A stretch of DNA of 63,590 bases, filler included, from Parasitella parasitica NRRL 2501 (Eukaryota > Fungi > Mucoromycota), in assembly GCA_025201805.1 (NCBI GenBank). It is 7 parts of 7 records of this genome, joined end to end, with 100 filler letters (N's around TTAATTAATTAA, not from the genome) between each part and the next. Parts side by side here need not be neighbours in the genome. Positions count along the whole stretch, not along the records: positions 1 to 27,524 come from MU619264.1; positions 27,625 to 48,060 come from MU619338.1; 5 more parts are not named here. One strand, given 5' to 3'. The notes under the pieces are model-generated. The model searched no databases. It was not told the DNA's origin and worked only from the letters and a program-made list of their open reading frames with translations. Position numbers and translations under genes: made by a program. Of the stretch, positions 25,724 to 39,499 are shown in pieces (positions within the stretch are counted from its first letter, which is position 1; each line of letters starts with the position of its first letter).

Positions 25724-27524
25724 TTAAAATTTAGCGTTTAAGCATGGTAATGGCTGATAAGAGCTTTGTCTATTTGTTTTGAGCTGCTTAACATGTCTTC
25801 CAGTGCAGCTTTCTTGTCTGCATTTTCCACATTTGTTGATACAAAAAAATCTTTTGGAGCTTCCTGGACATTCGTCGATCTTGCAAACCGTGCAGTGTCT
25901 TTTTCTTTTTTTACTTGCAAAATTAACAGACAAAGAAGAAGTGATGTTACGCGGCAAAGGTAAAGAAAGCGAGCTTGAGATCTGTCTGGAGTGATACAAA
26001 GGTAAAATTTTTGGTAATTTAGAGGTCAAAGGTGAGAGTATACCAGCAGGAAAGTGTTGTTGTTGTGGAGCAGTAGGTGCTGACAAAGTCGAAATCGAAG
26101 TGTCAAACCTTGATGCATCTTCGACAAGCGCACGGACAGATTGAGATATTGCAATATTTTTCAAGACAGTGTTCCCATATTTTTTACGATCTTCTACAAT
26201 GTTGTAGTAGGCTCTTAGATGACCAGGAGTTTTGTAATAAATATTGCTGTTTGCAAGACAATACTTGGTGTTCCATATGAAGGCAAACAAATGGAAGTCT
26301 GGTTTTTTCGCATTGAATGGTTGATATATCTGCGTATCTTCATGGTTTTGTGTTTTCAAAAGTGTTTCAAACAGAAAATTTTCTTCGTTTGTGTGCACTG
26401 CCGCAACTGCGTAAAGTGTACCTTGACAACTGGAAAGAAATTGATACATAAATTTGCTTTTAGAGTATCCGATCGGTGGCAGTCGAATGGTAGACAAGGA
26501 TGCAAGTTCCATAATCCTTTTTTTGTCCGGCCTTTCTTTTGGTATTAGCTGCAATGTTGCAGGCTTTATGCCTATTTCATTGCATAGCACACGAGGCATA
26601 TCTACAATACCGAAGGTTTCATTCGTTTGCTTGAAATTTATAAAATTTCCATAACGCTCACAAGTGTAATCCATTACAGTTCCGTGACCAACCTCTGTTC
26701 TTAACATGTTGATGGCAAGTACGAGCCAAGGGCTATAATGGCTTTGATGCTTTAAGCCATACCGATTAACAGACCCGACCTAAGAAAAAAAGTAAAGTTT
26801 TTAAATTATAAATCATACTAAAAGATAAATCACTTACATTTATATTATGATATAGTCTATAGTCAGCCAAAATAGAATCTGTTAATCGCGTAGATGCATT
26901 ATATGATGCGAATCTGCGAACAATGTTCATATGACAGGCTCCTTCAACAGAACTAGTTCCTCGCGAACACTTGTAGGTCATCAAACCGTCCTTATCCAGG
27001 CCTTTTTCCGTGTAGAGAGCAGGACCACCAACGATATCAGAAACATGCCCTTCTTTTACAGATTTAAGAACATGTAAAGACATTTCCCTAGCTGCATCAT
27101 CAAAAAGCTGGCGGCCAGAATGCTCACATCTTAATGGGCCGTAGCTATCAAATAAGAATTTCAGAGTGGGGTAGAGCTTGGCTGGTTTTGGTATAAATCT
27201 TCTGACTCGTTCAAAAACCCAAGCAGGGTTAGACAGCATCCGTGTGTTCCAGTCGGTCCCTGTGCTCAATAAAAATGTTTCGATGAGAGCTTTATCACCT
27301 TGATCGCAAACATATAAGGCATCACGGAAGCGTCTCATAAAATCTTTATGCATTCCATGGGACTTGGAGATTTTGATCATGTCCATTAAATGAAAGCCAT
27401 CTTTCAAAACACGGGAAGGAATTGGCGTTTCTTCATCTGAATTGTGAATAGTTATGGCAGGTTGGGTAGGTTCGACTGGTTTGGTTGCAGAGTAATAAAC
27501 CCTTTCTGACGCCGTAAATAAATA
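25724..27524 (-). mobile_element. Transposase-like gene, probably Mutator-like DDE; 5' part lost in gap; intron ~26773-26838
   Basis: KDGFHLMD (DxFH), RGTSSVEG (TxxxE) and a C-terminal Cys cluster CTVC..C..C..CGKC..C. Confidence 0.6.
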
Positions 27525-27624
27525 NNNNNNNNNNNNNNNNNNNNNNNNNNNNNNNNNNNNNNNNNNNNTTAATTAATTAANNNNNNNNNNNNNNNNNNNN
27601 NNNNNNNNNNNNNNNNNNNNNNNN
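27525..27624. other. Artificial contig linker N44-TTAATTAATTAA-N44 (also 48061-48160, 52872-52971, 55051-55150, 61062-61161, 62290-62389)
   Basis: Identical 100-nt spacer with six-frame stop core repeated six times. Confidence 0.97.
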
Positions 27625-28249
27625 CGCAAAAGAAAAGCACCATCAAAACCAAAGAAGCCTGCCTCCAAAGGAACTGTCACTGGCCATTATATGAATTTTA
27701 TTCAGAAAACAATGGATGAAATGGATTGCATTCCGGAAATGAAAGGATATTATATAGTTATGGATAATGCACCAATCCATACATCTAACGAGATTGATAC
27801 TATGGTGACAGAGAGAGGATATAAGTGCATTTATCTCCCTCCTTACTCGCCTGAACTTAATCCTATTGAGCAATTTTGGTCCATAGTTAAAAATAAGGTC
27901 AAACGTAGTCAATTTCAAACCAAAGAGGATTTATCAACAAGAATAACTGAGGCTTGCAATAATCTTCCTCCAGAACATCTTCGAGCATTTGTACAACATT
28001 CGGTAAACATATTTGAAGATTGCTTAAAAGGCAATCCTATCTAATAAAATGTCACAAACAACTGTAAAAAATATCTACTGAGGATTGAAGAGACCGCCTT
28101 TTGAGAAAACAGTAACCGCCTTTTGAGAAAATTGTAACCGCCTTTTGAGAAAACAAAAACCGCCCTTTGGAAAAAAAAAATCCGCCTATTGAGAATTTTA
28201 AAAACCGCCCTTTTATTTAAAAAACCGCCCTTTAGTGTTGCGCTAACTG
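27625..28249 (+). mobile_element. Tc1/mariner (IS630-like) transposon 3' end: DDE domain, subterminal repeats and TIR
   Basis: VMDNAPIH and LPPYSPELNPIEQFWS (stop 28044); about 7 (A)CCGCC(C/T)TTT-type repeats 28094-28233; end ...GCGCTAACTG|TA. Confidence 0.88.
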
Positions 28250-28337
28250 TATCTACATCGCGTCCTTTCTTGATCCATGAGGACTAGGCTCACTGCGCCG
28301 GATTACAAACTGACAGATAGGTAATGAGAATGCTTCT

Positions 28338-28646
28338 TCATATAGATAACTTCTCTCTCTTTTCAAACTCTTGCTGTCTCAGTAGCTGCATCGTCTCAAA
28401 TAGCGCCGTGTCCAACTGCTCTCTTAGCCTAATTTCTTTGATTCTGTTTCTTCTTGCTGCTGCAATGTCCAATCTTAGCTTAATCAAATCCTCTTTTCTT
28501 TCCATTGGCTGACACGTATTCATAATGAAGGTATGCTGCTGATCAGCGCTCAAGTCTTTGTCCTCACCATGTGGTAGCAAATTTAGCTCTGCCAAAATGG
28601 ACAGCCTCCAGTCATCCGGTGTGATATCAATGGGTTGAATAGTCAT
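28338..28646 (-). CDS. Small hypothetical coiled-coil protein
   Basis: 102-aa ATG ORF with charged heptad-like C-terminus; no recognised motif. Confidence 0.4.
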   Translation of the reverse strand: MTIQPIDITPDDWRLSILAELNLLPHGEDKDLSADQQHTFIMNTCQPMERKEDLIKLRLDIAAARRNRIKEIRLREQLDTALFETMQLLRQQEFEKREKLSI

Positions 28647-29594
28647 GCCAGCATCAGTATGTTTTCGTTGTTTGTTCGTCGTTTCTGCGGTTTGATTTAG
28701 TCAATGTTTGTTCAGTATCACTAGGTGGGTCTACCTTTTTCAATGTTTGTTGGCTTGTGTTGATTTGCCACCAGAATTGACGTTAATTTTCTACGACATT
28801 TCGCAAATAGCCTTTGTTTATATGTTTCTCAGTACAGCTTTTGTTTGTTATCATACTATAACGCTAATTACCCTTTTCTGTCCGTCACCGTTGTATTTTT
28901 AACGAGTTTCTTCAATAATAGCATTGACTTAGCCAAAGAGGATGGAAAAGAGATAAAGCGAAAGAAAGAGAGAGCGGGAAAGTCCCTAATTAATCTTTCT
29001 TTATTCTTTAGCTAAATGTTTTGTATACGCCATGCTATTTTACTGTACATGGATACTCTTTTAGCTGGGATGCTCTAAGCCGTGAGCATTTCACAGTGTT
29101 ACACATGTTTATTAGATTTCGGATTTCCTCAATCTCGTCTTCCGTCTCTCATTTTTTGTGTCTACATGCACATGTATATTATGCTCGATACAAAGAATCG
29201 ATGTAAACAATTGTATTAAAGGAAAATAAGCAGCAACTGTAGCGTGATACAGCAGAATAAGCTATATAAGATAATCAATGGTATGTATGCATAAATGTTG
29301 CATGCAGGTGGTCCAGTACATGGCTATACGTGTTGATTGAATGTATAAGGGTTTACTGTTTTATTTTACATGATATGAACTATGCTATAATTTATGCTCG
29401 TGTATAATTGTAATTTCTACGACTTTTCGCGCTTAAATAATTGACGAACGGAATTGTTATAAGCGTGTACCTTTGTGTTACAGTCAACCTGTAAATCACA
29501 TCAAAAAAAGGGGAAGAGAGCCCTACATGGTATTAATTACAAATGTCACCGGGAGTTATAGAAAGATCAAAATTTTGTCAAGAGCGCTTTATTA

Positions 29595-31564
29595 TTAAGT
29601 AATGGTTGATATTACGTGTCTCTCCTTTATGATACTACCAACCGGTTCCTGGTTTGGTAGATTATCGCAAAGAGTTACACCTATTACTGATGACAACGAT
29701 TTGGGCAGCTCGGGAACACCGTCTTTATTTTCAATGATCTTCTGCTCCCACGCAGTTGCTTCTGATCTAGCCATTTTCCCGTGAAATACAAAGGACAAAA
29801 GCATGATAACACCTGCAACAGCGGCCTGGAACACCAGCGCCTGTGTCATAGTCCTATCTTGTATACTACGAGTGGTGTCCATAATGATGACAAATATAAA
29901 TCCAAATAACTGGGCTCCTTGCCATAGCAAAGAATTCGTTGTTGCTTCTGCTACAGGATAGGATGCTTTTATCAAAAATGCGTATATGCGCGTGTTACTA
30001 TTGAGATCTGTCATATGTTCATATTTCATAAAACCCCTTACTTTCTGAACCGAGCTCAATAACTACCGGTACTAAAAACGACAAAAAAAACTGATTCAAC
30101 GTTGTAACAAACAAGACTGCTGCGTAAGAGTCCTTGCGCACTAGAAAGAGCGATGTAAATATATAGAGTATGCAAAATCTACAGTTGTATATGAATATAA
30201 ATACCCATAAAGATAAACGCAATGTCTGTAATGAATACCATGGGAGCCACCAGTTTGAGAAATAATTTATGCTGCTTTGTTGCGTCCAACACTGGTCCAG
30301 AAATGGCTATCAAAAAAAGTTTAGCTAATGCAACAAATGTGAGATTAAATACATTACAGCAACCTAATGTACCAGCAAAAAATGCCAGTGCATTCAATTG
30401 CCCCGCTTGTGCATTTGAATAACCATGTGGTGCTAATATTTGTGCAAACAGTGTGCAAAAAGCAATGCTTAATCCGACATTAAAACTATGGATGAGAAAC
30501 AAGATCCAAAAGTTCAGGTTTTTCGAAAGAATACGTAGTCCATCCAAGAAAGATGGTCTATCGGCCTCCTGGACTCTATTTGGTGGTGTTGGGGGTTGGC
30601 AAGGCATAAATAGTAGAGGCAGGAATGCAATAGCAGCAAAGCCTGCGACTAGGTTGACCTATGCCAATAAGTAAGTGCTATATAGCTCATTTTTCAGTTG
30701 TATTAACTCACCACCATGGGGATATATGTCGCATCTAATGCGATGGCAGGAATTACAAACATGACTAGAATGGCACCATAATTTGAAGCTTACATACAAG
30801 AAGCAAAATGAGCCGTTGCATAACGCTATAACTGATATTTTTTTTTTTTTTTTTTTTTTACTCACCTACAAACATGCCAGCTGTTGCGCGTAAATTTTCA
30901 GTAAACCATGTTGATGTAAACTATGGGACAACTCATAAATTGTCATAGTCGTTGACATGTAATCTTACATACCATTGTCATGACATTCAACGCTAATGGA
31001 GCTGCTGATCCACCAACAACTTGTCCCACCATAGTCAATATAAATGAAGGAGGCCTCGTCTTTGCAGCAACACACCGAATCGTACAACCTAGAGCACATA
31101 AAAATCCGGAGGCCATGATCTAGTCAAGTATATAAGGGTTTAGAAAACGAGATCTTTTCATTTTAGGTTTTGGGATATATATAAATTACAGATCTTTTGA
31201 CGCCTAACTTCTCAAATATTATGCCAGTGAAAAAGCTCATAAATACATAAACGATGCATTGAACATTTGCAAGCCAGTTAACCGCTGATAGTGATACACC
31301 AAAGTATTCGCCCGTAATCCCAGGGACTACACTAAATGTAAATTGAAATACGGAAACTGCTGTACGTAATAAAATAAGTAGGAAAAGTGCAATCCATGCT
31401 TGAGGATACGTCTTTAGTTCTAACTGAGTTGTAAGCATTGTTGGCACATTCCTATCATCTTGCTGGATTGTCTTTAGATTGTTTTTACGCAGAAATCGTA
31501 GGAATTTATTGTTGGAAGAGTAATTTAATGTGGTACTGCCATTTTTACCGTCGATATTAGACAT
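29595..31564 (-). CDS. MFS transporter, FLVCR/SLC49-like; multi-exon
   Basis: YPQAWIALF, VSLSAVNWLA, PPTPP loop, YPVAEAT motif; multiple TM segments. Confidence 0.8.
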
Positions 31565-33157
31565 TCTAAGTATATATACAGTGATAGAAGACGAGGTAAA
31601 CTAACATTTCAATTAGTCAATATTTTTATACATCATTTACAAAAAAAAAAAACAGATGTAATCGAAATTCGAAAAGCCTTTAAAATATGCTTTTTGTTTA
31701 TTTACTTTAGTTGTGGTGACTTATTCCACTCAACAAGCGGAACAATGTATTTATGGATGTAAATTTACAAGTTTCAGCATCAAGCACTAGGAAATTAAAA
31801 GCGACGCTTCATAAACAGTAGATGTATACGAGTATTAGGAAATTTCACGTCCTAAGAATTAATAAAACCAATTGTTTATCTGTTTAATTAATTATTTTGC
31901 AGTGCTATTCATAAATAAGGCAGACTACCGAATTCCTTTGCTATTTGTCGATTGTTGAGCAGAATATTTTATTAAAAGTTTTGATCCTTCAAATTCTAGA
32001 ACTATCACATTTTTCTTGAAAAGAGGAGCAAAGTAGATTATATCACATCCTTGAGGTAAAGACTGCATGCAGCAAATTTAGTAAAGATAATAAAACGAAC
32101 CTCAGGAAATGTATGAATTCAACCATTTAATTAAATTCCGTTTCGAGTAAAATTAACGCTCTTGTACACACAATTCTTTGTTTTACTCATCAATTAATTC
32201 TTGATGCTAATATTTACAACAATTTAGTCAGACGTATATTGGTGTACATTCAAACTTGACTTCTGTATTGACATTAGAGTATTATAGACATACGATTTTT
32301 TTCGGTCAACTCATAATGTTTGTAGTAGATAGCGCTGAGCCAACTCTTTATTTTCCAAATTTGATATATATTGTACGCTTTATTTAACAGAAGTTATGAC
32401 CAAATTTCTGTTAATTATCAAAATAAAAACCGTTTTTCTCATAATCGGATCAAGTACTTGTTAGACAGCCTGTGTTAGCCGTACAAAATCCATTCACACT
32501 TTGCTCTTTATCAAAACCTATAGGTGTTTATATGCAATTTTTATACGGAAATTGTTGGTTCTGCGTATTATTCAATTTTATCCGATAGTCTTGAGTCAAT
32601 CCTATGTTATTCAATTTGATATCAATTTCACAGTTCATTTAGCAAGTTTCGGATATCTGATTTCCCCAAGAAAATTGTTGCAAGTCTGCAATTTTATATA
32701 ACCTTTTAGTATGGTGATGATGGCTATCTAAAAAAGCTTAAACATGTAAATGAGATGTAGTAACATAAAAAAAAAGGGCGCTTAGTTTTCTATATGATAT
32801 AACGGAAAACATTTAGAGAGGCTCGCCTTGATGATGGAAAGTCGAATTCCTTACTATTCGCCAATACATTTCGGTGGTCATTGAGATGATGCAAGTCTAT
32901 TGTATTTCAATTGACATTTATAATAACTAGTGTCGTACATTAGTTTTGACACTCAACTTCAAAACAATATAAATAGTAGATCATATGTCAAATTGAATGA
33001 AACTCATCTTTTAACTGATACACATATTTGCCTTATTGAAATTACAATTATCACACACTAGAAGGGCTACACACAAAGTCCGTGTACTTGATAAGAAAGC
33101 CAAGGACAACAAATGAAACTTGAAACGTCTCATGAAAATGAATTTACTGGTAAAAAG

Positions 33158-33231
33158 TGATTCTATCCGGGTTCGAACCGAAGACCTTCGCCGTGTAAAG
33201 GCGACGCGATAACCAACTACGCCACAGAACC
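33158..33231 (-). tRNA. tRNA-Val (anticodon TAC)
   Basis: GGTTCTGTGGCGTAGTTGGTTATCGCG-TCGCC-TTTACAC-GGCGA-AGGTCTTCGGTTCGAACCCGGATAGAATCA forms a cloverleaf; followed by a T5 terminator. Confidence 0.95.
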
Positions 33232-34291
33232 ATTTTGTGATTACAAATGTTTTTAAATATTTTAGTCACTAGGTATTGTTAAGCAGATCACGTGTCAAGT
33301 TGTTAAAATAGTTTCTTCCGTTACTCCCATCTCTAATATAAATGCGAGAATTAAATGTATCTTAAATAGTTTTTCTTGTTTTATATAAAATTTTGACGAT
33401 TTTTTTTTTATTTTATAATCATTATTGCATACACTAATGCATATTTGAAAATTCCGGGATTTTTTTGAACAGAAGCAAGTATCACATTTTAGCGTTAGAT
33501 CAACGGATCATGTGATCAACGGCATGGTCATTAATTATCTGACCAAGAAGAGTATCCAATATGACAGATCTTCTGGGTTAACCAAAATAACTGGCGTGAC
33601 TCTTACAGAGGATCATCGTTGTATTTATGTCAAGAAAAAACCAGCTAACAGGATCATCTATTCACAAAAATGTGATACAAAAGTTATAGCTAGACCTTTG
33701 TGTGCATTAGACGACTAAATGAGACTTAAATATTTCCTATGTATTGTTTATAAACCAATTGCTTATCACTCAATCTAAAGCATTTTTATCAAGTTTACTA
33801 CTTTATTCATGTGTTCTGCTTGAATAAAATAAATTTTTCTAGTTGGAATGGGATCGATCTGATGTCTATTTCATACATTTGAAAGTTAGATCAAATTAAT
33901 TGCATATATTATGTCATTGGATCTTTTTTTGTTCTTTTTTTTTTTTAATATTTTTCTAATGTCAAGTGTAGAAGATTACAATTAAATGCTATTGTTAGCA
34001 CAGATCCAAGAAATTGACACCATATCATTATGAAAAGACGAGATAATTTTCTGATCTACCATACTATCCTGCACAATTCAGGGATAAATATCGGCCACAA
34101 CGGATACAAGCTTCCAGAATTTTGGGTGAAAGTTGCCCCGAAAACTCGAATCAAATTAAAGTAAGATTCTTTGAATTAAAACCCTTTTTTTTTATTATTA
34201 TTAATTCCTTCATTTTTCCTTCTTCATATACTTATATACCATTCGAAAGAGGAATCTGGTAGAACAAATTAGAAGAAACAATAGCTCAAAA

Positions 34292-36208
34292 ATGACAAAA
34301 CCATTGCCTTACAAGCGACTTGCAGTCATTTGCATTTGCCGTTTTGCTGTAACTACTAGGAAAGAAAAGGCATGGCATCATATACTCATTATCATGAAAT
34401 ATAGGAACCAATTTGCTTTACTGTGATTTTCCCATTTATCGTACAGGTAAAAGGTTGCACAAATTATAAGTATAGTATCTTTAATGTCTATGTTTTTGTT
34501 TGTTTGTGCTCGGCAGATGGTTAGAGATTTCAATATTGCGGATGAGAAAAGCGTTGGATATTACGTTGGTCTAATTACTTCATGCTTCGCACTTACTCAA
34601 TTATTGACAGGTAACTCAAGATGAGAGCACAATAAATCAAGACTGATGACCAAAATCGTTGATTAGGTATACATTGGGGCATGCTGTCTGATCGCATTGG
34701 AAGACGACCTGTTATTTTACAAGGCTTGGTTGGCACAATCACAAGTATCTTGTTATTTGGCTTATCAAAATCTTTTATCTGGGCTTTGTTATCTCGTAGC
34801 TTGTGTGGTCTATTGGTAAGTGATTTCGTATTTTTTTCAAATATACCTTGTGCTAACCTGAAGCATAAGAACGGAAATGTTGGGGTCCTCAAAAGCATGG
34901 TATCTGAATTGACAATTGATCATTTACCACATCAAAGAGCGCAGGCATTTTCCTTGCTTCCGTTAATGTATGGCCTTGGCTCTATCATAGGGCCTATGCT
35001 AGGTGGTTTCTTATCCCATCCAGTGACCAACTACCCAAATATATTTGGCCATTTAGGTGCTCTAACTGATTTCTTGACGGAATACCCTTATTTCCTGCCT
35101 TGTTTCATCTCAGCATCTATTTGTATTCTTGGCCTTGTGTTTGGTGTGTTTTATTTGCAAGAAACACATATTGTTAATCATGAGAAACAACATCAGAATC
35201 CAAGCGACGAAGAGGAAGTTTTGCTCACCAGTTCAGCCAGCCGATCCGCTGATCCTCACTATTCTACATTCCAAACAAACTCAATTACAGGTGCAGTCAA
35301 GGTGCAACATTCTCCTACACCAACATTGAACTCTCCACCTACGCTAAGAGAATCGCTAACCCCTTCTGTCATGGCTATCTGCATTACCTACGGTTTCTTT
35401 GCTCTCCAAGCTGTATTCATGGATGAACTGTTCCCTTTATATACTGCAAGTACTAGGGAAAATGGTGGGTTGGGATTCTCTCCAAATGAAATCGGAATTG
35501 CGCTCAGTTTTGCTGGTGTTGTTACTTTGGTAGGTCAATTATTCGTCTTACCCTACCTTACCAAGAAATATGGACTTTTGAGGCTATTCCAAATGGTATT
35601 GTTTATCTGTATATTCCTATACCTCTCACAAGGCATTATTCGCACATTGTATTACGTACCTGATTTCCACGGCGAGACGAACACGAAATTATGGGTTTGG
35701 GTAGGATTGTTGATATCTTTGACTATCAAGACTATTGGCCACACCATCTGTTTTACTGGTTGCACAATTTTAGTAAATAATGCATGCCCTAGAGTAGATG
35801 CACTGGGAGCCGTCAATGGATTTTCTCAATGTAATTATGGCCTTGCATCATGTTACTATGAAGATAACTAACATTTGCGATTGAACTAGGTTGTGCAAGT
35901 GCAATGCGTGCAATTGGGCCTGCAATTTGCGGCGCTGTTTGGTCATTGTAAGTGTGATGATAACAGAATACCATATTTGCTTTGAAGTTGACGTCCGCTT
36001 AAACAGATCATTATCTTCTACTGCGATTCCTTTCACCATTCGAATCAACGTTGCATTTGTCGTTTTAGCAGGAATTGGTACAGTAACATTTCTTTTAAGT
36101 AAGAAACTGGATGCAAAAGACTACGAAACAGCACATGCAAGAGAAGAAGTTGTACACATTAAACAAGATAACCTGCAAACAGACGAAGTCAGCAGTAGTG
36201 GACACTAA
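34292..36208 (+). CDS. MFS transporter (ZIFL/YCR023C-like); multi-exon
   Basis: MTKPLP..ICICRFAEP, WGMLSDRIGRRPVIL (motif A), GNVGVLKSMVSE, IGPMLGG, YPYFLPC. Confidence 0.85.
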
Positions 36209-36385
36209 GCTATATTAGAGATGAGTTAGAAGACTACATATCAGCGTACAATATATAGCTGGTTTTTATATAAATTAGTCAAATATTTAATGAATGTATA
36301 AAGAGGAAAAGTAGGGTATATTTATGTGTATACAATGATATGTTTTGTTCTATATGTGTCTTATGCCTCTATTTCTCTGTATGTA

Positions 36386-38957
36386 TTATATCCATTCTCT
36401 CGACATATTGGGTCTTAAGTCTCCTTCATCAATAATCAATTCGTCTTCAGTCATTAACGCAGACTGATCCATCAACGTCGCATCATTGTTCTTATCAACA
36501 CGATTAATTAGCCAAGCATGTTCTTTGAGTTCAATATCCACCTCATCTTGAGAATCCCGAATAGAGTCGGCCATTTGAAATATATCAAAAGTGTCATTCA
36601 TGCACGGTTGATTTGGATTTGATGCGTAACTTTTAGTGAAATTGTTTAAAAGAGCAGTTTCCAGTAACTCATTGACTAACTCAGCAGCATCTGTGTTGTT
36701 CAGGGCTTCATGATACTCTACAATCGCTCGTGCTATGTTTCCCTTTAATTGATAAATCATGCCTATTGCTGCTCGAGCGTCTGCGTTTTTGGGATTTCGT
36801 GAAAGGGCATTTTCAAAGCATCGTAATGCGCGATCGTACTTTTGAAAACTAATCAGAAATTAATTGAGATGAAGACGTAACGCTTGAAACTTGTTTAACT
36901 TACGGTGGATGGCGATAAACATGTCCTAAATTGCACCAAATTTTTTCCCAAATTGAGCTTCGTTGAGATTGGCGTTTCTTGGCAAGCGATAAAGCAGTAT
37001 GCAGATGTTCTAGAGAGTCTTTATATCTATTCATACCCGATTAGATTTTACAATATACAGTCAATGCGCGATACATGTTCTTACAGTCCTTGTTTATAGT
37101 AATAAACAGCCAATTCGTTAAATAAAAATGGGTCGTGGTTGCATTTATGAAGGCTTTTTGAGAAGTACTCGAAGGCCAAATTCAGTTTATTCTGTTCCAT
37201 GTACTGCATTGCAACATTCATGTATGGCAAATGCGATCTATAAGACGAGCAAAAGTATCAATAACACACTGCATATATAAATGATTTAGCTAATGTTACC
37301 CCGGAATCAATTTACTGCAAGCCAAATACGCATCAATCGCTTGGTCGTGATCCTTCTCCAACGAGAATGAGTGGCCATAACCTAACCATGATTGCTGAAA
37401 AAATCGATTGATAGTCAGCGCTTGACTGAAATAACGCCTCGCTTCCAAATTCTTCTTGATATATAGATAGTACAACCCAACAGCATGCCATGCAACAGCC
37501 TCATCATTCAACCTATCAACTAGTTCTTGTGCATACTCGTACAGTTCGTTCTTCATCCCCATTTCGTATAAACATGACAGGTGGAGAGGAATGGATTCTG
37601 TAAAAAATGCATCTTGGGCTTTGATCTCTTTGCAAACCTCTAAACAATTTTCATATCGACTTTCTGCAAAATAACCTTCTGCAACACTAAGCTGTACGTC
37701 CACGCTTTTTGCAATATTTTCTGAATCCGAATCCATTCTCTTTCCATTTAAAACGTCCTTTTTCAGCTTAAGTCCATATAAATATCGAAAGTAATCCGAG
37801 TCCGCCCCACAATGCTCTTCATAGGGCAGTGTCATCACAAACTCCCATTCTAGTACGCAGTGTCGTTAGCTGCACGTCCTGGATTGATCCGCACCCTTTT
37901 CCTACCTGCTTTCTCTTCCATCATATTGTATTTAACTAGCGCCTCTAATGCATCATAGCACTTGACATCGACCGTCAATGCTTCCTTGAAACATTCCCTT
38001 GCTTTATCAATATCTTTGATCAGTAGATATGCTTTTCCTCGAGCATAGCACATGACAGATTCCAATTTAACGCATCCTTCCATTGTATCGTCCTGAATTA
38101 TGTCTATTTTCATATATTTTCAATAGAAAGAAAAACGGCTACATCAATGGCTATCACCCACCTTTCTTTTGAGAAAACGGGTTTCCATGGCCCAAATAAT
38201 CCAGGGCATCAATTCCATTTTCTAGGGCAAGCTTCATGTTCATTAGTGGACCCATAAATCAAAATTGAATTATGCATAGTTACCGAGCAGAGAGCAGCTA
38301 AATATCGACATTGCACGCTCTTATTCAAGGTGTGTTTCTTATTTAATATTTCAAGGGCTCGCTCATATTGCTGCTGTTGATAATACGATAATGCAATGTA
38401 ATAAATATCATTCATTGTGTCTATTGTTTGTGATGCAGGATAATGAAACTTTGAATATTCAGGAGACTAGTATATACTGGCATCAAACAAATACCTGTAG
38501 AGATCATGAGCTTTTCACCGAAAAATGAAGCAGCGCCTGGCAGGAAATTATTCATAGCATCTTGTCGTAATGTTCTCAGCCGATCTTCTCGAGTATTGTG
38601 TTTTCCTAGGAACGAAGGTTGCTCAGGAGCGAATAAATTCTTTGATATGCCGGATGTGCTCAAAATAGGTTCAGAATCGGTCGAGTCAATGCTGATATGA
38701 TCACCACCATGTTGAGTTGTCGCTGAGAATGTTCGTAAATCTTCGCTTCTGTCAAAAAAAGGACTATCCCCGAGTCCTCCCCCTACCCCTCCTGATTGTC
38801 GACTATGAAAATTGATGGGCGAGGAGGATAAATCGTCAAATTCACTACTTAATGGCCTCGGGGGAGTATTCATTGAACGTGAGCTATCATACGAAGATTC
38901 AGTGCGAAGTGGCGTCGTCCTAGTTCGCGGAGGTGATGATGCGTTTCTAGAGTGCAT
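36386..38957 (-). CDS. CDC16: Anaphase-promoting complex subunit 6 (Cdc16/Cut9), TPR protein; multi-exon
   Basis: LRTLRQDAM..AASFFGEK, ALTVDVKCYDAL, WHAVGLYY..EARRYFS, WLGYGHSFS.E.DHDQAIDAY. Confidence 0.9.
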
Positions 38958-39499
38958 GGATATATATTAAACAATATTCGCGTTGTATTGGAAAAAAGCA
39001 GAAAAAGCAAAACACAACATTAGAGTCACATACCGTCGTATTTAAACCAGTTCAAAGCGAGATCAACAGAACATTCAATCAGCGTTGGGACCAAAAATTT
39101 CATGTTTGTTCCTGAATTTTTGGTTAACATTGAAAATAGGGCCTTTTGAGACATCAAAAGAATAAAAGACATAAATGTTTAAGGCGAACTGGTACATGTA
39201 TACAACCCACAGGTCTACAAGCAACGGTTTCTTTTGAAGATAACTCAATAATGCAGCATCTTGAGAATGGCGCGTGCTCCAAGAAAATAATCATAACAAA
39301 CAATCAAAAATAGAAAGACACTCTTCCAGATCACTCTGCATAGGGGAAAAAAAGGTGTTTATTACGGAATTGTCAAAAAAAAAGGGAGAAAAAAAGAGAA
39401 GAGATATCGCTTGAATAGATGTTTTATGTGCAATGGAATATAATCAACAGATTCCTTTAATGAATGTTGTATTTCTTCTATATATTTTACAAAATCTAA

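Noticed and set aside
27525-27624. TTAATTAATTAA motif recurring six times as a biological site
   Set aside because: Always centred in identical N-runs; an assembly linker.
25724-28249. One composite transposon spanning both transposases
   Set aside because: They lie on different contigs separated by a linker, on opposite strands, and belong to different superfamilies.
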